Assembly (NCBI GenBank): GCA_043824255.1
Contig: JBDRTG010000021.1
Span: 1,802-65,801, forward strand
DNA length: 64,000 nt
Direction: 5' to 3'
DNA from: a bacterium
Lineage (GTDB): Bacteria > JAHJDO01
In this document: positions 57,633-64,000 of the stretch, one piece after another
Position numbering within the stretch: position 1 is the first letter of the stretch
Layout of the letters: every line of letters starts with the position of its first letter
Notes under the pieces: generated by a model
The model's database searches: none
What the model was told of the DNA's origin: nothing
Seen by the model: the letters and a program-made list of their open reading frames with translations, nothing else
Program-made: the position numbers and the translations under genes

Positions 57633-60600
57633 TAATTTTTAAACTTTTTGTGCATTTTTGTTTTATCCGTAAAAAGGTAAACTTTAACATCATTTGGAGG
57701 TATAGTAATCCCAAGAGGTTCCTGCTTTTTGTAAATTTTATCACTACCATACTCCACAGTGACTATATCTTCAGCTAATCCCTGATTTAAGACAGTTCCT
57801 GTCTTGGATTTACTTCTTTCATTGAAAACTAACAGTAATCTTTCCTTGCCTTTTGAGAGCACAACTACGTCATCCCTGCAAATACCACCTTTTACCTGGA
57901 AAGTATCAATCTTTTTACTTTTCAAAAAGAATTCTTCAAAGTTAGCCAGAATAGCACAGGCCTCAGAAATCTTCTCATAGGCGCGTCCCTCCAGGATAGA
58001 CCATTGAAAAAGCATTACTCCTTTTGCGCCATCGGTTATCATACGCAGCAAGTTGGTTTTAAGACTCTTCCATCTTTCGCGGTCTCTTGAAAGTTTCCAA
58101 TAACTAATGCCCCCGATAAATGGGACATCGGATAATGCTTTCAGTGTTTCTTGTGTATGAGGAGAGCGGCCATAACCGGCCATTGCCACATCAATCCCGT
58201 TTTTCATATAATTCCAGTCAATGGAGTAGTGGTCTTTGTTTCGTTTGCTTTGATACGCACTATAGATATACATCTTTGCTTTTGGATTGGCTGCCTTTAC
58301 TGCTTCCTGAGCCGCCTTTACTACCTCTGCCATTATCCATGATTGGAAGTCAATCCATTCATCACGATATTTCTCCTTTATTTCCTTCTCGGTTGGTACA
58401 TTATTTAAGTGAGCAAACTCTGCAAATTTCTTAAGGCTGGATGAAGAGACATCCCCATTAAAGGGATTACGTTCTAGATCCCAGCAAAGACCAATAGGTT
58501 TAGTTTTTTTCATATATTCAATAATAAGATTCTGAAATTCCTCTCTCCCTTGATCAATTAAAAAGGCTGGAGAGATAGGTAAAGTCTTACACTTTTTACC
58601 ATCAAAACTTATTGACTTCATTTCCGGATATTTACCCGCAAGACGTCTGGTTCGATGCTGGAAAGGATATTCCGAGACAATATCAAATTTACTTTCGCTA
58701 AGAAGTTTAGACCATCTGTGCGCTCTCTCCATATAACTATTAAAACCGCTCTGATGCCAGGTCTTTAATAGCTCCTGAATTTCTGTTTCGCTATAGGTGC
58801 CGACACGAAATGAGTGCCAAAGTTGTATCTCCAGTTTCTTGGGTCTTTTATCTAAAAGAGGGGGGAGGCAATATACAGGCATTCTGTTCCATACTTCAGT
58901 GATATTCCTGTTTTCTCCCTCTCCATGGAAGCGAAAATAGATATCGGACTTATTCAGAGAGGAATCTTTTGGTAAATTTAAGACCAGACCAAATAAATGT
59001 GTCGATTTTATGCAGGGTACGCCTAATGGAGTCTCTTTTTTATTCGAGGGTTTCGTATTTTTAAAATGAAAAGTATAAGAGTTGAAACTCTTTTTCTCTT
59101 TAATAGTTTTTCCTTTCTCAATGCTTTTAAGTTGACCAATGGTGGGATATATTTTCCTTCCGCTTGAATCAACTATTTTAATATCCGAAGGGGTCTGGAT
59201 AGTGAAACTTAAATTCTTCATTGGATAGTTCATCGGGCTGGCTACAAATAAGGGCAGGTGTTGAGCCGTTCCCTTAGCAAAGTATAATCCTTCTCCCACA
59301 TTTGCCTTGAGTTTAGTATGCTCTATGAGAACTATTCGCCTTAAGAGGATATTTCTGGCTGAAGGGTCGGGAGCCCATATTGAGCCATCCTTCTGAATTA
59401 TCGCGTAATCCCATTTTCTATCGTCAAAGTCGCTCTTCTGCCGGTCAGACCAGTCAGATTCTGTTATTGCTGAAACCTTCCAGCAATTGTCAATCTTAAT
59501 CTTTTCTCCTTGAGAGATATTTATCATACCCGCAACACCGCTGTCAGACATCTCTTTCTTCTTACATCTAAGAGAAAGAATATTAATGCCTTTCCTTAAG
59601 TAGAACTCCTTTCCTAGAACCGGAGTTTCATTTACCCTGAACTCTATTTCTCCGGGAAATTTGAAGCTGCAGGAAGCCTTTAAAACTACATCACTGCTGA
59701 TAGCATATTCAGGACTTCGATAAAGCAGCATCCCTCTTTCTTTATCCAGGAGAGAGAAGGAAATTTTATAGGCGCCGGGCTGCTTAAGGATAATGGGAAG
59801 TTTATTGATTTGAGTACTCTGAGGAGTAATATTGCATAATTGAGAGAAAATAAGACCATTTTCCTTTTGATAAACATTCGCATTAAGTTTAAGGTTTAAG
59901 GAGGAGGTTTGTGGATTTTTAATCTGGAAACAAAGAGATTGTTTTCCCAATCCGAAAACTGTTTTGGGGAATTCCTGGGGAATAATCTGAATAGCTTTTG
60001 AGCAGAGAATTCCTGTGCCAAAATTATCCGGCTCATGAAATCCTGTCTTTACCGGCGACCAGGCACTATTCTCTCCTAAGGCTTTTTCTTCTCGGCATAT
60101 ATTAAAGCGGAACCTGTTTCCCATTTCGGGCTTGAGGTCTATTTCAGAAAGAGGGATGATTGCCTCACCGATCCAGGAATCTTTCCCTACAGAGGCTGCT
60201 ACCTTCCATTTGCAATTCCAATTTTTATCCTTCTTAAAACTATCAGATTGTGTTGCCAGAGAATTAAAGTCAAGTTTGAAATATCCTTGCTTCTGGGAGG
60301 AGGAGATAAATATTTCCACGCAGTCATCTGTGAAGACCCTGCCATCTCTTTCTTTGACATTGGCTTTAAACTTGTGTTGTCTCTGATAGATAGGGTCAAG
60401 CACCTTCTCATAGCAGCGGATGGCAAGATAAAGGTTTTTATCATCATAGGTCAGATAGGCTATGGTCTTATTGGCAGGTAAATCTTTCCCCCCCATAAGA
60501 ACAAATCCGCTAAGAACTGCTGCCTCTTGCCAGCAGGTATCATCAAGATTTCCATCAAGAACCGGAGCTGAATTAGTTTTAGGTATCCTTACTAAAGGGT

Positions 60601-61198
60601 GTTTGTCATCTTCTGATCCTTCAACGTGACCAAAATAGATATCATCATACCAGACGGTTTCCGAACTATAGTAGTCGCACAGATAGATATAGTTGATTCC
60701 TACAATCTCTTTGTCAAACGTATAAATCTTCTCTTTATACTCCCATTCCTCAGAAGAAGAGAAGTTGATAGCGGGATATTTTCTGGAACCATCGGCAAGT
60801 TGGATAGCTAGCGCAATTGCATGCTTCGGATATTTGCCTTCCTGCCATTTGCCCTTAACATAATCTTTTACCTTGCTATAACCGGATAATTTGATTGGGG
60901 TGCCGGCAGGAATGGCAATCTTAAGCTTTGGACGATGCTGATGGAAGAGATATTTTTCCAGCGCATCCGGAGGAACAGTAATCTTAACCGAATACTTACC
61001 ATCCACCGCAGTAGTATCATCAATCTTCCCGGCATCACTTCTTGCTCGAGGAGAAAAATACCAGCCAACCGGCAAACCGGTCTTCTCTGATATCTCATCA
61101 AAACTCCCGTTTATGATAAGATTCTCTGCCTGAGCTGAACTTAAATAACTACAAACAGCCAAAAAAACAACCAACCCAACAAACATCTTCTTTCTCAT
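57632..61198 (-). CDS. Secreted multidomain carbohydrate-binding-type protein (1188 aa)
   Basis: Signal peptide MRKKMFVGLVVFLAVCSYLSSAQA. A CBM4/9-like jelly-roll follows (NLIINGSFDE...GWYF...VWYDDIYFG). Next comes a CBM9-like module (APVLDGNLDDTCWQEA...AYLTYDDKNLYLAIRCYE...RFNICRE). Ig-like stretches and a C-terminal region of unknown, possibly TIM-barrel, fold complete it. Confidence 0.7.
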   Translation of the reverse strand: MRKKMFVGLVVFLAVCSYLSSAQAENLIINGSFDEISEKTGLPVGWYFSPRARSDAGKIDDTTAVDGKYSVKITVPPDALEKYLFHQHRPKLKIAIPAGTPIKLSGYSKVKDYVKGKWQEGKYPKHAIALAIQLADGSRKYPAINFSSSEEWEYKEKIYTFDKEIVGINYIYLCDYYSSETVWYDDIYFGHVEGSEDDKHPLVRIPKTNSAPVLDGNLDDTCWQEAAVLSGFVLMGGKDLPANKTIAYLTYDDKNLYLAIRCYEKVLDPIYQRQHKFKANVKERDGRVFTDDCVEIFISSSQKQGYFKLDFNSLATQSDSFKKDKNWNCKWKVAASVGKDSWIGEAIIPLSEIDLKPEMGNRFRFNICREEKALGENSAWSPVKTGFHEPDNFGTGILCSKAIQIIPQEFPKTVFGLGKQSLCFQIKNPQTSSLNLKLNANVYQKENGLIFSQLCNITPQSTQINKLPIILKQPGAYKISFSLLDKERGMLLYRSPEYAISSDVVLKASCSFKFPGEIEFRVNETPVLGKEFYLRKGINILSLRCKKKEMSDSGVAGMINISQGEKIKIDNCWKVSAITESDWSDRQKSDFDDRKWDYAIIQKDGSIWAPDPSARNILLRRIVLIEHTKLKANVGEGLYFAKGTAQHLPLFVASPMNYPMKNLSFTIQTPSDIKIVDSSGRKIYPTIGQLKSIEKGKTIKEKKSFNSYTFHFKNTKPSNKKETPLGVPCIKSTHLFGLVLNLPKDSSLNKSDIYFRFHGEGENRNITEVWNRMPVYCLPPLLDKRPKKLEIQLWHSFRVGTYSETEIQELLKTWHQSGFNSYMERAHRWSKLLSESKFDIVSEYPFQHRTRRLAGKYPEMKSISFDGKKCKTLPISPAFLIDQGREEFQNLIIEYMKKTKPIGLCWDLERNPFNGDVSSSSLKKFAEFAHLNNVPTEKEIKEKYRDEWIDFQSWIMAEVVKAAQEAVKAANPKAKMYIYSAYQSKRNKDHYSIDWNYMKNGIDVAMAGYGRSPHTQETLKALSDVPFIGGISYWKLSRDRERWKSLKTNLLRMITDGAKGVMLFQWSILEGRAYEKISEACAILANFEEFFLKSKKIDTFQVKGGICRDDVVVLSKGKERLLLVFNERSKSKTGTVLNQGLAEDIVTVEYGSDKIYKKQEPLGITIPPNDVKVYLFTDKTKMHKKFKN

Positions 61199-61221
61199 CT
61201 CACACCTCCATTTTATTTTAA

Positions 61222-61244
61222 GTTACAGTTTAATTATTAAAAGT
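61222..61244. repeat. 23-bp direct repeat, copy B (GTTACAGTTTAATTATTAAAAGT)
   Basis: Identical to 57610-57632. It lies between the stop of the 911+ aa gene (61246) and the SD/ATG of the 1188-aa gene (61198). Confidence 0.9.
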
Positions 61245-61245
61245 A

Positions 61246-64000
61246 TCAATTTAAAAACTTGAAATTACATATCTCCACATCCCCTCCATGAATACCAAGT
61301 TGGATTATTTCCTGTAGATGCTGGTTGAACTTCTCATAAAGGTCTTTTTCCAGGCTAAATATTGCTTCATGCCAGTTTCCGTCTTTGTATAGCGAGCCCA
61401 GATAAATATTTGCCGTATTCCCAACAACGCTGTCCGTACCTTCTCCTGTAATATATACAACCTCATAGAGATTGTCATTATGATCCCGGACATAGAACCT
61501 TATTCCAACTTCTCTATAACTTTTCAAAGTCAGTTTTGCGCTTTTTTTGCTAATATCTAAATAAGGCAGCCCGCTATCCGGAAATAATGATAAAGAGTAC
61601 CAGTTCTCAGATACTGAATAAATTTTCAGCACCTGTGTTTGGATGTCCTGATCAAAATAATTTGAAAACTCACCGTCACCGCTGTAAGGCGGAGTATCAT
61701 AACTGTACCAATCAGAGGCAGCTAAAGAAACAATTATCTTCTGCGGATTTTCCCCATAAAGTGTTAAGTTGTCAAGCGAATAGCCTCCGCCAGCTATAGA
61801 AAAACAAAAAACCTTTTTAACATTTACGCCAAAACCTTTTTGTAAATCAGAATTAAGGTTTCTCATAATCGAATGCCACTTACTGTTAATAAGATCGCTT
61901 CCCAAATAATGGGTAATACGATTTCCATTTATTGTATATTCGCCATTATCAGTCTGGTAGCAGATCTCATAATTTGCATTGTCTTCTCCCTGAACAAAAA
62001 GGTATAGCCATGTCTTGTGTTCCGGTTTTATCATAAAAGAAAGGTACTTAGCATGTACATTTAAATGACCGGCAGCAGTTTCTGGGCCGGTAATGCCAAA
62101 ACCAAAACCTTCAGACGAGTTAACCTTCATGACCTGGCTCTGCAAATCTGTATCATATATAGATTCGACCGTTCCGGTACCTTTATACGGGTGCCATCCA
62201 TAATTTAGGGGCACATTCAGTTTTTCAAAGGGATTTTCACTTAATTCGACACTCTTCAGATAAAAATCTCTACCTCTTATGAGGACAAAGGCAACTTCTT
62301 TTAGGTGAACTCCATAACCAACATACAAATCCCTATCAAGGTCCCTGTACACATCAACCCATTTGCCAGACTTGTAATCCTCTCCAAGATAGTGATATAC
62401 ACACCTGCACCCGGGGATATCTGAAATGGCATAGTCGCCTGTTGCAGTCTGATAATCTATATAGTACCAGCCGTTATCTGAGCCTTTTACGAGAAAATAA
62501 AAACCAAGGTGTCTGTTTGTTTTGAAACTAAAACGCACCCATTTGCTGTCAGGATAGCTTTCGAACTCGCTTCTTATAAAAAACAAATTCCCGCTTTCAG
62601 TTGAGTAGACCTTTATGACCTCCTTCCCAATCTCGTGATCCATTACTTTAAGCATGGAACCGTTAGCACTTAAAACTGTGTCCTTTCTAAGCCCCCACCC
62701 TAAAGTTGACGGTGGCGAGGAGCTGAATGTCAGGTTGTCCAGCCAATAGCCACCGCCGCGAATAAGGACAAGTCCGATATTTTTCAGGTGTTTACCTGTG
62801 GCTTTAAAAAGGTCATCCTCCAGGTCACGACTGATGGTGTTCCAATTCTGGTTCCCTTTATAAACAATCGGCAGATTATAATAAATATATTGCCCATTTA
62901 TAGTGTAGCCTGTTTCTTCCGAGAAACGATAAACTAAATATCGCCAGTCGTTGTCTTCATTACGCAATAGAACATATAATTGGACCTGGTTAGTTGATTT
63001 TATCGTATACGAAAGGTATCTTTTTTCAAGTTTTGCGTATGTTTCATCAGGATTATTGGTTAGTTTCTTTCGAATGCCGAAGTTTGTACCCTCTGATGAG
63101 GTAATTTTTAAAACATTTCCTTTTAGAAAGTCATCGTATTCGACACTCAACTCGCCGTTCCCCGTATAGATCGACCAGTTGTTTTCTTGAGGCAGACCGC
63201 TGTACTCAAAATCATCCACCCAATCCATCAAACTTTCTTCAAATGGTGTCCCCCATATTTGTACTTCAGTCAAAAAAGCTTTAGATGAAGGGTCACTATT
63301 TTTAAATGATAACTTGATACTTTTTGCAGAATTGTTTATAAGATCAAGATGGATGTTTTGTATTCCATCAATATCAAAGATACCTATCTCGCCCCAGGAA
63401 ATACCGTCCTGGCTTATATAGCAGGTAACTGTTTCAAAATCATAGACAGGATCCTGCCATATTTCGATATTATTTAAAGCATATTTTTCTATGAGATTAA
63501 AGACGATTTCCGGATTCTTTCCCGCAGACCACATAACGCCTTCGTCCTCGACAAAACCGAAATTGCCGTCCGTCAGGTCGCCATGGGCATTTGAAATACC
63601 GCTTCCGCCCTCATTTCCATCCTGCCCCCTGAAATATATAGAAGTATCGCTCTTTCCGCATTCTTCACCAAACTCATCAGGATCTACTGAGTAGGTGTAA
63701 TAGCCACCAGTTAACATATCCTGATTAACGGCAATATCTTGGCATGTATTTCCATCTCCATACAACTTTTTTTTAAAACCACTATAAATATCAACATATT
63801 TCCTGGCAGTTACTTTATTCCCGTCATTATCAGTTACTGTCAGCCGTACCAGATATTTATTAGCCATAGTATATAAATGAGGTGGCGGCACCTCTTCAGC
63901 TGAATAAGAACAGTCGCCAAAGTCCCATTCCCAGCTAACAATAGTACCGTCAGGGTCACTTACCTCAGGCTGAAAATTCATCTCTAAAGGCGTAACACCC
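61246..64000 (-). CDS. Giant secreted/surface protein, 5'-incomplete: PKD domain, discoidin-like domain and four tandem ~155-aa repeats
   Basis: The frame stays open to the window edge (GVTPLE precedes the track M). PKD motif: SDPDGTIVSWEWDFGD...VRLTVTDNDG. F5/8-type-C-like segment: LTDGNFG...IEIWQD...ISQDGISWGEI...EVQIWG. Four repeats end in RGGGYWLDNLTFS, RGRDFYLKSVELS, AGGGYSLDNLTLY and HGGDVEICNFKFLN. Confidence 0.75.
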   Translation of the reverse strand, partial: GVTPLEMNFQPEVSDPDGTIVSWEWDFGDCSYSAEEVPPPHLYTMANKYLVRLTVTDNDGNKVTARKYVDIYSGFKKKLYGDGNTCQDIAVNQDMLTGGYYTYSVDPDEFGEECGKSDTSIYFRGQDGNEGGSGISNAHGDLTDGNFGFVEDEGVMWSAGKNPEIVFNLIEKYALNNIEIWQDPVYDFETVTCYISQDGISWGEIGIFDIDGIQNIHLDLINNSAKSIKLSFKNSDPSSKAFLTEVQIWGTPFEESLMDWVDDFEYSGLPQENNWSIYTGNGELSVEYDDFLKGNVLKITSSEGTNFGIRKKLTNNPDETYAKLEKRYLSYTIKSTNQVQLYVLLRNEDNDWRYLVYRFSEETGYTINGQYIYYNLPIVYKGNQNWNTISRDLEDDLFKATGKHLKNIGLVLIRGGGYWLDNLTFSSSPPSTLGWGLRKDTVLSANGSMLKVMDHEIGKEVIKVYSTESGNLFFIRSEFESYPDSKWVRFSFKTNRHLGFYFLVKGSDNGWYYIDYQTATGDYAISDIPGCRCVYHYLGEDYKSGKWVDVYRDLDRDLYVGYGVHLKEVAFVLIRGRDFYLKSVELSENPFEKLNVPLNYGWHPYKGTGTVESIYDTDLQSQVMKVNSSEGFGFGITGPETAAGHLNVHAKYLSFMIKPEHKTWLYLFVQGEDNANYEICYQTDNGEYTINGNRITHYLGSDLINSKWHSIMRNLNSDLQKGFGVNVKKVFCFSIAGGGYSLDNLTLYGENPQKIIVSLAASDWYSYDTPPYSGDGEFSNYFDQDIQTQVLKIYSVSENWYSLSLFPDSGLPYLDISKKSAKLTLKSYREVGIRFYVRDHNDNLYEVVYITGEGTDSVVGNTANIYLGSLYKDGNWHEAIFSLEKDLYEKFNQHLQEIIQLGIHGGDVEICNFKFLN

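Overview
This is a densely coding, AT-rich (about 40% GC by eye) bacterial window. It looks like part of the chromosome of a diderm, probably anaerobic, uncultivated lineage: TolC/MacAB, LpxL-like and ADP-heptose genes are present, along with a COG1900/NIL-ferredoxin homocysteine route and a GuaB3-type IMPDH relative. Bases 1-15.3 kb are mostly plus-strand: arfB, a retropepsin-like lipoprotein, TolC-MacA-MacB, a frameshifted MFS gene, dus (minus strand), maf-rlmB, corA, a J-domain protein, and a small decayed islet followed by miaB. Bases 15.3-64 kb are almost entirely minus-strand. In order they carry GT4-GH130, guaB3-like, uvrB, dxs, the homocysteine genes, thiE (+), gap-pgk-secG, an aminosugar/acyl-transfer operon, alr, malic enzyme, tsaB/tsaE, a Phd-PIN toxin-antitoxin pair (+), mtnA, hldC-gmhA, coaBC-rpoZ-valS, and sugar-nucleotide genes. 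The window ends with two very large secreted carbohydrate-binding-type proteins. I saw no rRNA, tRNA, CRISPR array, transposase or integrase. Six items deserve a second look. (1) A tightly overlapped operon encodes PIG-L deacetylase, a hexapeptide transferase, GT4, an LpxL-like acyltransferase and a hydrolase. It matches no canonical pathway I recognise and is fused to a GC-richer 1091-aa cytoplasmic glycosidase-like gene. (2) A decayed islet at 12.3-14.1 kb holds a cyclophilin gene with an internal deletion, an unannotated 47-aa zinc-ribbon ORF, and a SEC-C protein with a PD-(D/E)xK-like core. (3) The miaB gene is truncated exactly at a convergent gene junction. (4) A 23-bp perfect direct repeat brackets the whole 1188-aa secreted-protein gene, next to a 5'-truncated gene remnant. 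(5) The neighbouring partial giant protein contains four tandem, roughly 155-aa repeats of an unrecognised domain. (6) Several genes have -10 boxes only 6-9 nt from start codons that lack a Shine-Dalgarno sequence, which suggests leaderless transcripts. All functional calls rest on motif and family recognition by eye; no database search or computation was possible.
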